IMG/VR virus record: IMGVR_UViG_3300030000_000409
Span: 10,284-74,283 of that record
Source of the DNA: a virus
Taxonomy: Duplodnaviria > Heunggongvirae > Uroviricota > Caudoviricetes
DNA length: 64,000 nucleotides
Strand: one strand, 5' to 3'
Shown: positions 1 through 8,971 of the stretch, in pieces
Numbering within the stretch: position 1 is the stretch's first letter
Layout: each line of letters begins with the position of its first letter
Notes under the pieces: model-generated
The model's database searches: none
What the model was told of the DNA's origin: nothing
What the model saw: only the letters and a program-made list of their open reading frames with translations
Translations under genes and position numbers: made by a program

Positions 1-1
1 A

Positions 2-478
2 TGGTATCAAGGTAAATCTGAAAGTGGTAATAGAGCTTTAGGCAATCGTAGTATTTTAGCCGATCCACGTAATCCCAATATTAAAAACATTATCAACACC
101 AGAATTAAACTACGTGAAGATTTTAGACCATTTGCTCCAAGCGTGTTAGAAGAACACTACAAAGAATTCTTTTTAACCAATCAGCCTAGTCCATTTATGT
201 CTCGTATTATGCCTGTTATTTCTAATAAAATTCCAGGAGTCACACATGTTGACAGAACAGCTAGAATACAAACAGTTTCAGTAGGAGACAATGAAAAATT
301 CCATAAACTTATATCTGAATTTTACAAAATAACTGGTATTCCGATGGTTTTAAATACTAGTTTCAATTGTCGAGAACCCATTGTTGAAACTCCCCGTGAT
401 GCAGTAAACACGTTCATTAAATGTGGTCTTGATATTTTAATTATCGACAACTATTTAATTGAGAAATATAATGATTGA
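2..478 (+). CDS. O-carbamoyltransferase (NodU/CmcH family), C-terminal part; 5' end lies outside the window
   Basis: Frame-2 translation from nt 2 gives ...GNRALGNRSILADPRNP...REDFRPFAPSV...TSFNCREPIVETPRDA. These are hallmark motifs of the NodU/CmcH/TobZ carbamoyltransferase C-terminal domain. The ORF track picks it up only from an internal Met at 143. Confidence 0.6.
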   Translation, partial: WYQGKSESGNRALGNRSILADPRNPNIKNIINTRIKLREDFRPFAPSVLEEHYKEFFLTNQPSPFMSRIMPVISNKIPGVTHVDRTARIQTVSVGDNEKFHKLISEFYKITGIPMVLNTSFNCREPIVETPRDAVNTFIKCGLDILIIDNYLIEKYND

Positions 479-1097
479 TTTTAAAAATGGTACAGTGTCA
501 TTAGAATTTTTTAGAAGAGTGCTAAAAGAAATAAAACACAAACCAGATAGACGACATACTCTTTTAGATTCGCTAAGTGACAATCAGTTTTCATCTAAAA
601 AGAGAATAGTTGAACTTATTGATAAACTGAATCTTAGCAAAGAAACAGAAGTAGTTATCTTTGGGTGTTGGTATGGTAGTGTATTAATACCGTTGCTATG
701 TAATGACTTCAAAAGAATTACGGGAATAGATAAAGATGATGATTCGATTAAGACATCCAAATCTAATCTTTTCAATGGGTTTCCACATATAGATTTTATA
801 ACAGATGATGTGTTCACGAGATACTTAGAAAGATATAAACGTACAAGTCTGATTATAAACTGTTCATGTGAAAATATGAGGCCAATGAAAGATTGGCCAT
901 GGTGGGGTGAACTGAAAACTAACAGTTATTTTGCACTTCAATCTACAAACATTGATATAACCGAAGATCAACGAAATTGTGTCTATTCAATGGACGAATT
1001 TAAGAATCAATTGCCAAAATCGTTTAAGATTTTGTATGAGGATGAACTTACTGATGATAGAGGGATAAGATATTCTCTAGTTGGACGAATCAATTAA
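459..1097 (+). CDS. class I SAM-dependent methyltransferase
   Basis: Motif I-like VVIFGCWYGSVLIPLL and motif II-like ITGIDKDDDSI. The start overlaps the carbamoyltransferase stop, so the two genes are likely co-transcribed. Confidence 0.5.
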   Translation: MRNIMIDFKNGTVSLEFFRRVLKEIKHKPDRRHTLLDSLSDNQFSSKKRIVELIDKLNLSKETEVVIFGCWYGSVLIPLLCNDFKRITGIDKDDDSIKTSKSNLFNGFPHIDFITDDVFTRYLERYKRTSLIINCSCENMRPMKDWPWWGELKTNSYFALQSTNIDITEDQRNCVYSMDEFKNQLPKSFKILYEDELTDDRGIRYSLVGRIN

Positions 1098-1122
1098 AGA
1101 AAGGTTTATAATCAGATTCTTT

Positions 1123-1130
1123 ATAAATAG
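1123..1130 (+). promoter_or_regulatory. T4-type late promoter TATAAATA
   Basis: Exact TATAAATA 29 nt upstream of the ORF at 1159. Confidence 0.35.
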
Positions 1131-1648
1131 ATTTCTAAGGTAACATCGAGGTTTATTTATGTCAACACGGTTTTTAATTGAGATGTCACACCCTAGAATA
1201 GTAAATCATGAAATGTTAGTTGCTACATTTATTCGAGATTGGAATAAGGATCAATGTTTTTATTATCCTGTCTACCAAATAGATAATAAAGCACTGATGA
1301 CTCATGTTTTATTGAAATTTTCTGGTGATGAATCCGTAACAGTTTTTGCACGAGCAAACATAAATTCAGATACTAAAGATTTTGAAAAATTACAATTGAA
1401 AAATTGGGATTTCATTCAAATCTGATAGTTAAAATGTTATAATACGTTATGTCTATTTAATAGGGTAAAAATGCAAACTTCTAAAATGTCGTTGAGTCAA
1501 TTTCTTATCGAGTCGGAAAGACAATGTAAGATTAAACGTGGACAAAATCCAGATATTGGTAGAAAAATTTGTTGGTTACTTCAACCACGAAAAAGCAATA
1601 ACCTGTCAAAAGCTAATAAATAAACAATATTTATTATAGGAGTCAAAG

Positions 1649-2158
1649 ATGAAAGTTCATGAATTATTTGAAGCTGCCCAAGGTTCACCTGGTCAAGATA
1701 AAAAACTTAAGGGTGGTGCATACTACAAACCACAATACAAAAGCGACATTAGTCAGATTCGTGGTTCAGTGCTAGATTGGATGGATGAATTAGGTTTCAC
1801 TCCTGAACATATTGCTGTTGCTGTTAAGGAAATTAAAGCATCAACACTGTTTAAAAAGTTGGAAGATGCTGGTTTGAAATATGATTCTGGAGCAAAACAG
1901 GAAAAATTGGGGACACTATCATTCAATGCTAAACGTGTCTGGGGAGGACGTGGTGGTTACATCGTTTATGCAAATGGTCAGTTACGTTCTAAAACTGGAT
2001 CATCTTGGTCTGATGCGGAAAACACAACACCGTTGAAAACACCAAAACCAAGGGTTCGTGCTGGTGACCCAATCAAATCTCTCAATATGATTTACACTGC
2101 AGCTTTGACAGAAATGCTCAACAAGTGGGAAAAATATAAAAAGGCTAATGCAAAATGA
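1649..2158 (+). CDS. putative capsid-targeted internal protein (CTS-like N-terminus MKVHELFE)
   Basis: The N-terminus MKVHELFEAA resembles the T4 capsid-targeting sequence MKTYQEFIAE, which carries L/I-x-E prohead-protease sites. The same N-terminal motif recurs in six other proteins in this window. Confidence 0.4.
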   Translation: MKVHELFEAAQGSPGQDKKLKGGAYYKPQYKSDISQIRGSVLDWMDELGFTPEHIAVAVKEIKASTLFKKLEDAGLKYDSGAKQEKLGTLSFNAKRVWGGRGGYIVYANGQLRSKTGSSWSDAENTTPLKTPKPRVRAGDPIKSLNMIYTAALTEMLNKWEKYKKANAK

Positions 2159-2299
2159 TTTCACTAATCATCCTGTGTATTGTTATTTTTATAGGTCTTT
2201 GGATCTCTTCTAAAAATCACCCATATGAGGATGAAATGGGAATCAAAATTGATCAAGAAGCCCCATACAAATTAGAACCTCCTGAAAATTGGAGTAATT

Positions 2300-2326
2300 A
2301 AAAAGGAGTCCTAGGACTCCTTTTTT
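2300..2326. terminator. bidirectional rho-independent terminator
   Basis: AAAAA-GGAGTCC-TA-GGACTCC-TTTTTT: a perfect palindrome flanked by an A-tract and a T-tract, between convergent genes 1649..2158 (+) and 2325..3059 (-). Confidence 0.7.
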
Positions 2327-3059
2327 AGTTTAGCTTCTTGTCTACCAACATTGAAGATTGCGGTATAAGATTTAATTTTGGTAATTGTGTTCTTAGTGAA
2401 GAAAATGTGTTATAATAACCTGATAAAGTAGATACTTTCAATCCACTAACATTAGGAATAACAACAGTATAAACTTCTTTTGTTGTAGGTGAAACAATTA
2501 CCTTAAACAATTTGTCAGGAATAAGAGTACCATCAGACATTTTCTTTTCTGGTTGAGATGTAAAAATTGGACCAGTAATTATAAAAGTTGTTTTCTTATT
2601 AAGTGTTAAGATTTGAGTTCTATGTTCTAATGATTTCCAAATTCCTCTATTATTGTTAAGTGGTTGAGGAACAATATTTGTTAAAAAGAAACTTTCATCT
2701 GCAGCAACTATGTCATCCGCAAAATCATCAAATGGTGCAAGATGCCCTTTATCGTAATCAGTTCCAACAAAGGTTGCATTACTTGCTTGGAGTGATGATG
2801 CAACATTTGGATCTGATCTAAAATGATCTCTTCGTTTAACGTTTTGGTTTTTAATATTGTCTTCTGTTAATTTTTCAGATGTCCAAAGAGGAGTTTTTCT
2901 AACTTTTGAATATCCAACAACATAACGTTTATGACAGATAATTGTAACAGGTTCAACAGATACTGGAAAAACTCCATTATAAACCAAATCATTACAAGTC
3001 TGCGCATGAACAGAAATACTTAAGAGTCCAATAAATAATATCAGTATATAATTTTTCAT
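2325..3059 (-). CDS. secreted DNA/RNA non-specific endonuclease (beta-beta-alpha-Me, Serratia NucA/EndA-like)
   Basis: N-terminal signal peptide MKNYILILFIGLLSISVHA|Q. Active-site-like DYDKGHLAP (the DRGH motif family) and downstream NN..RG.W residues. Confidence 0.6.
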   Translation of the reverse strand: MKNYILILFIGLLSISVHAQTCNDLVYNGVFPVSVEPVTIICHKRYVVGYSKVRKTPLWTSEKLTEDNIKNQNVKRRDHFRSDPNVASSLQASNATFVGTDYDKGHLAPFDDFADDIVAADESFFLTNIVPQPLNNNRGIWKSLEHRTQILTLNKKTTFIITGPIFTSQPEKKMSDGTLIPDKLFKVIVSPTTKEVYTVVIPNVSGLKVSTLSGYYNTFSSLRTQLPKLNLIPQSSMLVDKKLN

Positions 3060-3275
3060 TTAAAATTCCTATATTAAACGTATATTTATAACAACTCACA
3101 AAAGGAATACTGATTATGGAAATCTCAACAAGCCTGATAAACGGACTAGCAGTTGGTGTTGAATATGTTCAAGGATTTGAAGAAAATGATGATGATTTTG
3201 AACATATGTTGTTGATAAGCTTTTTTCTTATTTCGTTTATATTTGAATGGTCACCTTTTGATCCGGAGGAAATTG

Positions 3276-3764
3276 ATGAATGATAAATCTGAATCCCAGT
3301 TGTTGAAATACATTAGGTCAAATGAACGAGCTCAGTATGCTAATGCAATTATTTCAATAGTTGCATCATTTATTTGTGTTTATTGTGTGTTCGGTTTTGG
3401 TATTTCCCAATTTGTAATGGGTACTATTTTCACATACATGATGAGCAAAGTGATGAACTTTTTTACTTCTATGTATTTCAAAATTTTACTCATTGGTGGG
3501 TATTATGGAGATGGAACACCGGAACCAACTGAAAATCCAAGAGGCCTCCAAGAGGCAACATTCAATGTTGTTAAGACACCAGAATCAGCACTTGGTAAAT
3601 TTATGGATGTAGAATTCTTTGATTGGATTGATCTCAAAGATCAAGATGGAAAGATACAGAGATGGAAATTTATTGGTACTACAAACACCAACAATCCACA
3701 AGCACGATTGGGATCAAATACAATGATTATGCAGCCTGGATTACTTTATCAGGTTGAACAATAA
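3276..3764 (+). CDS. small membrane protein (2 TM), unknown function
   Basis: ATG at 3276 is preceded by GGAGG. Hydrophobic segments IISIVASFICVYCVFGFGISQFVMGTIFTYMM. Confidence 0.4.
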   Translation: MNDKSESQLLKYIRSNERAQYANAIISIVASFICVYCVFGFGISQFVMGTIFTYMMSKVMNFFTSMYFKILLIGGYYGDGTPEPTENPRGLQEATFNVVKTPESALGKFMDVEFFDWIDLKDQDGKIQRWKFIGTTNTNNPQARLGSNTMIMQPGLLYQVEQ

Positions 3765-3770
3765 ACCAAG

Positions 3771-3799
3771 TTTACAATAAATATTTCCTAGGTTATAAT
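3771..3799 (+). promoter_or_regulatory. sigma70-type promoter (TTTACA-17-TATAAT)
   Basis: -35 TTTACA at 3771-3776, exact 17-nt spacer, -10 TATAAT at 3794-3799. The predicted TSS is ~3806, immediately before the 5' strand of the long stem. Confidence 0.55.
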
Positions 3800-3807
3800 T
3801 TCTTTAT

Positions 3808-4159
3808 GAAAACGCAATAATCAATTTTCACAACAGTTAGAGTTGATTAACTAAATCTAGTAAAACCCCTGTTAGCTATTAGGTACGTGAGTTGAAAGAT
3901 AAGCAACCGAAATAGATACTTGCAATTTAAATTAAAATTGATATTTGTCAGTTAAGAATAAACTGATAGGAATTTCTGATCCTTCGTAACAAGATAACAA
4001 GAAATATTGTAGGAAGAAACCTAATAGGAAATACTGGGTAAGCCGAAACTTCCCGGTGTAGGTAGATTAAATCAAAATGATGGATTAAAATTTATCATTG
4101 TTAATAGACCGAAAATTCTCGACTTTGCTTTTTGTTGGGAAATTGATTATTGCGTTTTC
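3808..4159 (+). ncRNA. candidate structured ncRNA (~350 nt) closed by a 20-22 bp terminal stem; possible Y-RNA-like partner of the downstream Ro60
   Basis: 3808-3827 (GAAAACGCAATAATCAATTT) is the perfect reverse complement of 4140-4159 (AAATTGATTATTGCGTTTTC). Pairing extends by a U-G and a C-G (3828-3829 with 4138-4139). The interval has no convincing ORF and lies between a consensus promoter and the Ro60 start at 4202. Confidence 0.4.
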
Positions 4160-4201
4160 TCTTTGCTGTAATGTTGCAGCCGCTTTTAAAGGAAATCAAA
4201 A

Positions 4202-5812
4202 ATGTCAAACTTTTACGTTGATACCGTTGCGCCAAAAATCTCCAAGCAAGTAACTCCTCAAACTGAAAAAATTCCAGGTCGCGAATCAGAAATGGTTGCG
4301 AACAATGCTGGTGGTCAAGTTTTTGCTCTTGACATGTGGAGCTACTTGGATCGATTCTTGATTCTCGGAAGTGATAAACCTTCCTACTATGCAACTGCAC
4401 AGAAGTTGACAAAAGATGCAGCTAAAAATGTCTCAGTTTGTATCAGTGCAGACGGTGTGAAAACTGTTAATCGCATTGTTGAAATCTCTCAAGGTGGTCG
4501 TGCTCCTAAGAATGATTCAGCAGTATTTGCTCTTGCAATGTGTGCAGTTTCCGGTGATGCCGAAACTGTTGCTGCTGCTTATGATGCACTATCAAAGGTT
4601 GCACGAATCGGTACCCACTTGTTCCAATTCGTTGATGCAATAAATTCAATGGGTAAATGGAATGCTGCTGCTAAACGCGGTGTTGCTGCTTGGTATACTA
4701 AGCGTGATGAAACTCGTTTGGCTGTTCAACTCTTGAAATATCAATCACGTAATGGTTGGTCTCACCGTGATGTCTTGCGTCTTGCTCACATCAAGCCAAC
4801 AAACGAATCACAGTCAGCATTGTTCCGTTATGTAACCAAGGGTGCTGAAGGTGTCGAACAAGGAACCATTGTTCCACAACTTTTGATTGATTTCGAGACT
4901 TTGAAGCGTGGTGTAGATTCTAAGAAGGTGATCAGCATCATCGAATCTAACAAGGATATTTCATGGGAAATGATTCCTACTGAATTCCAAAAAGACGTAA
5001 ATGTTATGGCAACACTTATCCCTGGTATGGGTGTTACTGCACTGATTCGTAAGTTGGGTCAACTAACTTCTTTGGGTTTGGCTAAACCTCTTTCCACTGA
5101 ATTGAAAGCAATCGTTGATAAGTTGACTGATGTTGCTGCAATTAAGTCAGGACGTGTTCACCCAATCACTATCTTGAATGCATTTAACCAATACAAACAA
5201 GGTCATGGTGATAAAGGTTCATTGACTTGGACTCCATCTCAACATATTCTTGATGCATTGGATGCTGCATTTTACGATGCATTTCAGTTCATTGAATCAA
5301 CTGGTCAGGGTCACCTTATCGGTGTTGATTGTTCTGGTTCTATGTTTAGCTACCAATGTATCGGTGCTAGCAATATCACTGCCGCAGAAGCAGCTGCTGT
5401 AATGGCTTTGGCTGTTGCGAAACGTGAATCCAATTACTGGATCGGTGGATTCAACACTCGTATGGGTGAATTGAAGATTTCTCCATCTATGCGTCTTGAT
5501 GCAGTTCTGAATGTTATGCGTAAGTTCTCTTGGGGTGGAACTGATTGTTCTCTTCCAATGGAACATGCTATCCAACAGAAAATGAGCAACGTTAACAAGT
5601 TCATCGTCTTTACTGACAATGAAACTTATGCAGGTAAGCGTCAGCCTGTGCAAGCTTTGGCTGATTACCGTAAGCGCTATGTTCATGATGCTAAGTTGAT
5701 CGTATGTGGAACTTCGGTTACCAACTTTACGATTGCTGATCCTAAGGATCCAGGCATGTTGGATATTGCAGGATTTGATTCTGCTGTACCTCAGTTGATT
5801 CAGAGTTTTTGA
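4202..5812 (+). CDS. rsr: Ro60-like TROVE-domain protein with C-terminal vWA (MIDAS) domain
   Basis: LDRFLILGSDKPSYYATAQKL and DSAVFALAMCAV match conserved Ro60/Rsr TROVE segments (LxRFLxxGSExGTYY, PMLFALAIC). The C-terminal GVDCSGSM is a vWA DxSxS MIDAS motif. GCT/GGT/CGT/GTT-rich codon usage resembles highly expressed phage genes. Confidence 0.75.
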   Translation: MSNFYVDTVAPKISKQVTPQTEKIPGRESEMVANNAGGQVFALDMWSYLDRFLILGSDKPSYYATAQKLTKDAAKNVSVCISADGVKTVNRIVEISQGGRAPKNDSAVFALAMCAVSGDAETVAAAYDALSKVARIGTHLFQFVDAINSMGKWNAAAKRGVAAWYTKRDETRLAVQLLKYQSRNGWSHRDVLRLAHIKPTNESQSALFRYVTKGAEGVEQGTIVPQLLIDFETLKRGVDSKKVISIIESNKDISWEMIPTEFQKDVNVMATLIPGMGVTALIRKLGQLTSLGLAKPLSTELKAIVDKLTDVAAIKSGRVHPITILNAFNQYKQGHGDKGSLTWTPSQHILDALDAAFYDAFQFIESTGQGHLIGVDCSGSMFSYQCIGASNITAAEAAAVMALAVAKRESNYWIGGFNTRMGELKISPSMRLDAVLNVMRKFSWGGTDCSLPMEHAIQQKMSNVNKFIVFTDNETYAGKRQPVQALADYRKRYVHDAKLIVCGTSVTNFTIADPKDPGMLDIAGFDSAVPQLIQSF

Positions 5813-5853
5813 GGTTACTGACGATACCATTTAGGTGGTAGTTAACTTCTCAT

Positions 5854-5887
5854 ATGGGATATAGTGTAATGCTTTATCCCATTTTTT
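5854..5887 (+). terminator. rho-independent terminator after the Ro60 gene
   Basis: ATGGGATA-(13 nt loop)-TATCCCAT followed by TTTTTT. Confidence 0.6.
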
Positions 5888-6335
5888 ATAACTAGGAAAT
5901 AAAATGCTAGAACGTTTGTGTCTTTACATAAAGAACTTATTTGAATCTTGTGCAGAAATGTCAATTCACACTCAGATGTGGACTGATGGATATTCTGATT
6001 ATGAGATTGAACTTGCAATTAAAAATTATCGCAATGAAGAAAATGAATCCTAAAACGAAAAGTCCAAAAGAGAGATTGGTATTACCAACAACCCCTGAAA
6101 AACGTGCACTCACATTGCTTATTCAATTGTGGAGAGTTTATGATGCGGGTGGTATTTCAGTCGGAAGATGTTTTGAGTCAGTACTTCTTGAAGCAGCAAT
6201 AGATTTATTAGGTGAACCAGATCATGATGACATTGATAGAGCAGATTCAAAGGGTGCAGAGTTAGTCAATGAAACACGTGATTATTTGTCAGCTATCCGA
6301 TTGAAAGAATACAATGAAAAATGGGGGCTAGAAGC

Positions 6336-6860
6336 ATGAAAGATTTCAGTATTATCTGCGCAGTGTCTTTAGATGGAATCATTGGTGATTCTGAAACAAA
6401 TACAATTCCTTGGTATCTTCCAAGCGACCTAAAACATTTCAAAGCGTTAACTTTAGAAAAAACTGTTGTTATGGGATCACGTACCTTCAGAAGTATTGGT
6501 AGGCCACTGCCAAATAGAGACAATATTGTTATAAGTAGGACTCCATTTATCCAAGAAGGTGTTAAAGCAATCTATAGAAGTTTTGAAGATGTTCATCGCT
6601 ATGAACATGATGGATTTGTTGTGATTGGTGGTGAACATATTTACGGTGAAGCACTCAAACATTCACCATCTACAATGTTTATAACGGTTGTCAATTCTTT
6701 ACCAGATGGTGATGTAAGGTTTCCAATTGCGGGCAGGCGATTCCTTCAAGATTCCGTTTTGACTTCAACTAATATCAAATACACTTGTTCTGATAGGTCA
6801 GAATGGCTAAATGAAAATGGGATAGAATTCCAATATACAGAATTTAAAAGGGCACAATGA
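6336..6860 (+). CDS. frd: dihydrofolate reductase
   Basis: MKDFSIICAVSLDGIIG...IPWYLPSDLKHFKALTLEKTVVMGSRTFRSIGRPLPNRDNIV matches the DHFR signature. Start taken at the second ATG, which is preceded by GGGGG. Confidence 0.85.
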   Translation: MKDFSIICAVSLDGIIGDSETNTIPWYLPSDLKHFKALTLEKTVVMGSRTFRSIGRPLPNRDNIVISRTPFIQEGVKAIYRSFEDVHRYEHDGFVVIGGEHIYGEALKHSPSTMFITVVNSLPDGDVRFPIAGRRFLQDSVLTSTNIKYTCSDRSEWLNENGIEFQYTEFKRAQ

Positions 6861-7411
6861 AAATTTTTATTGACACAGAATTTACAGATTTCATAAATCA
6901 AGACTTAATTTCAATTGGTGCAGTTGCTGAAAACGGTGAAACATTTTATGGTGAAAATGCTGAGTTTAAGAGAGCTTGGTCTTCTCAATTTGTAAAAGAT
7001 AATATCTATCCACTACTTAACATGGATAAATTTGGTATGCGACGAGTCGAACTTGCATCTAGATTGTGGGCATGGATGGAAGAGTTTGATTGTGATATCA
7101 CCATTGTCGTTGATTATCTGGGTGATAGTGAATTACTTAATCATCTATTTCAAGATGACCATCCGAAAATACAAGAACATCATCTTATCAAGATGGTTAT
7201 TTGGAACAAATGTGCCAACTATTTTCTTCCCGAAAATGAAGAAAAGTTTAAATTAGTTTTTAACAAAATGACAAATGCATTTAAAACTCATCTAAATGAA
7301 TATTTTCTCGTTACCGGTGAGCACCCACATCATTCATTATCAGATGCTAAAGCAAATAGGGAAGCATATTTGAGAGTGTTTAAAGATTTTCAAAATAAAG
7401 TGTACTTCTAA
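6857..7411 (+). CDS. dexA: DEDDh-family 3'-5' exonuclease (T4 DexA-like)
   Basis: Exo I motif IFIDTEFTD, with downstream D and H-x4-D motifs (VVDYLGD, HHSLSD). Confidence 0.55.
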   Translation: MKIFIDTEFTDFINQDLISIGAVAENGETFYGENAEFKRAWSSQFVKDNIYPLLNMDKFGMRRVELASRLWAWMEEFDCDITIVVDYLGDSELLNHLFQDDHPKIQEHHLIKMVIWNKCANYFLPENEEKFKLVFNKMTNAFKTHLNEYFLVTGEHPHHSLSDAKANREAYLRVFKDFQNKVYF

Positions 7412-7445
7412 TATAAATCAGGTTATAATCTATCATGATCAATAA

Positions 7446-7823
7446 ATGGAGTTTGATGTGAAACGTTTTCTATTCTGTTTAGCAATGTTTTCTTCTTCTG
7501 TGTTTGCACAGAATGTGAATAACTATCTTCCTGGTGCAGGTGAACGTATTCCAGAATCAGCATCTGGTCCGGGTATCGTCTATACCCAACAAGTTGTTGG
7601 TAAGGTTATCAGTGTTGGAAGTCCAGTTTACAAGAATGTTCCAGTTGTTCAACAATGCGCAAATGGTTCAGTATGTGGGGTTGCATTTGATAACCAATTG
7701 ATTGGCTACAGTTTTGTTGTTGCCTACAAACATCTTCAAATGCAAGGGTTCATGACTCGACTTCCTCAAATTGGTGAAGACAGTATCATCATTGTTCGTA
7801 GTATTTATTATCCTACAAATTGA
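7446..7823 (+). CDS. secreted protein with signal peptide, unknown function
   Basis: MEFDVKRFLFCLAMFSSSVFA|QN signal peptide. Confidence 0.4.
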   Translation: MEFDVKRFLFCLAMFSSSVFAQNVNNYLPGAGERIPESASGPGIVYTQQVVGKVISVGSPVYKNVPVVQQCANGSVCGVAFDNQLIGYSFVVAYKHLQMQGFMTRLPQIGEDSIIIVRSIYYPTN

Positions 7824-7843
7824 TTGATTTTAAATGCCGGTGT

Positions 7844-8413
7844 TTATGAATCACTGGGCAGTGAGAATCCCACTCTAATAGATATAACTGCACCGTCTGA
7901 GTTCCTTCTTATATATAACGTACCTTCAACGTAACCACCCGCATAGTCACCGTATGATGTTCCTACAACATTAAGTGTAGAAGTAATTGGTACATAACCT
8001 GAATCATACCCATTACCAACACCCACATTAAAAACTACCCATCCACCCATACTCACTGTTGTGACAAATCGTGCTGAGTATGCTGATCCGACTCCTGCTA
8101 TTGGTGGTGTTATGTAATTAACTGAGCATGATAGTGTCCCATTAGTATAGATTGAAAGGGAACCGGATGATGTGCCATTTGTACCAGAATTAAAAGTTCC
8201 ACCTGCATCCACATATGAAAGGTTTGGATTAAAGCCGAAGGTTCCACTAGCAGAACTTTTACCCCATCCATCACTCATAGAAATTATTCCACTTGGTTTT
8301 CCGAATAGAGTTCTCACTGCAGTATCATTTAATGATATAGGAGTAGTTGAGCCTGCCCCCAGTTCTGTGTTGACTTGTGATAGTGATATAAGGCCAGAAG
8401 CAGGAAGTGTCAT
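7844..8413 (-). CDS. tail-fibre tip/adhesin paralog 3 (conserved N-terminus MTLPASGLISLSQVN, G/S/T/N/Y-rich variable C-terminus)
   Basis: Shares ~50-aa N-terminus with the two upstream genes and a divergent glycine-rich C-terminus. Lies directly downstream of the tail-fibre gene. Confidence 0.5.
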   Translation of the reverse strand: MTLPASGLISLSQVNTELGAGSTTPISLNDTAVRTLFGKPSGIISMSDGWGKSSASGTFGFNPNLSYVDAGGTFNSGTNGTSSGSLSIYTNGTLSCSVNYITPPIAGVGSAYSARFVTTVSMGGWVVFNVGVGNGYDSGYVPITSTLNVVGTSYGDYAGGYVEGTLYIRRNSDGAVISIRVGFSLPSDS

Positions 8414-8425
8414 AATTTATCTATT

Positions 8426-8956
8426 TTAAGCAATTGATACTTGATATGTACCACCAGCACCAAATCCAAACAATGAGTTGGTCCAAGTCCAAATACTATA
8501 GTTGTAAGCTGGATATGCTTCAAAAGTCGCACTTGATGTAAGTAATGTTTTATTATTAGCAGAAACAGATTTAACAAATGTTGAACTAACAACACCTATA
8601 AGCATTAAGAAACATACATTTGCTGTATAATACGCACCATCAGAAGTTTGATCAGCAAACCACACTATTTCAACTCCATTGAAATAGTGATTAGATAGTG
8701 AACCCATATTACCCCACGCATAAGGACTATATCCAACTCCAAGTCCACTGGACATGTTACCACCAGCAACCATAGTGTACCCGGTTCCAATGGCTGTACT
8801 TTTACCCCATCCATCACTAAGTGATATAATCCCACTAGGTTTACCAAATAATGTTCTTACCGAAGAATCATTTAATGAGCATGGCGAAGTAGCTGAATTA
8901 CCTAATTCAACGTTGACCTGTGAAATGGAAATTGTTCCTGAAGCTGGTAATGTCAT
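8426..8956 (-). CDS. tail-fibre tip/adhesin paralog 2
   Basis: N-terminus MTLPASGTISISQVNVELG..SLNDSSVRTLFGKPSGIISLSDGWGKS is conserved with paralogs 1 and 3; the C-terminus is variable. Confidence 0.5.
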   Translation of the reverse strand: MTLPASGTISISQVNVELGNSATSPCSLNDSSVRTLFGKPSGIISLSDGWGKSTAIGTGYTMVAGGNMSSGLGVGYSPYAWGNMGSLSNHYFNGVEIVWFADQTSDGAYYTANVCFLMLIGVVSSTFVKSVSANNKTLLTSSATFEAYPAYNYSIWTWTNSLFGFGAGGTYQVSIA

Positions 8957-8971
8957 AATTTATCCACTGTT

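Noticed and set aside
3830-4137. tRNA or tRNA-like module inside the stem-closed RNA
   Set aside because: I found no GTTCRA T-loop or cloverleaf-compatible anticodon arm by eye. This needs tRNAscan or Infernal, so only a generic structured ncRNA is claimed.
4101-4412. 103-aa minus-strand ORF spanning the 3' strand of the long stem and the Ro60 start
   Set aside because: It lies antisense to a promoter-driven structured region and the Ro60 5' end, with no RBS or promoter context. Its composition looks like antisense translation of the Ro60 N-terminus.
5297-5830. 177-aa minus-strand ORF inside the Ro60 gene
   Set aside because: It is antisense to a well-supported conserved gene and has no independent signals.
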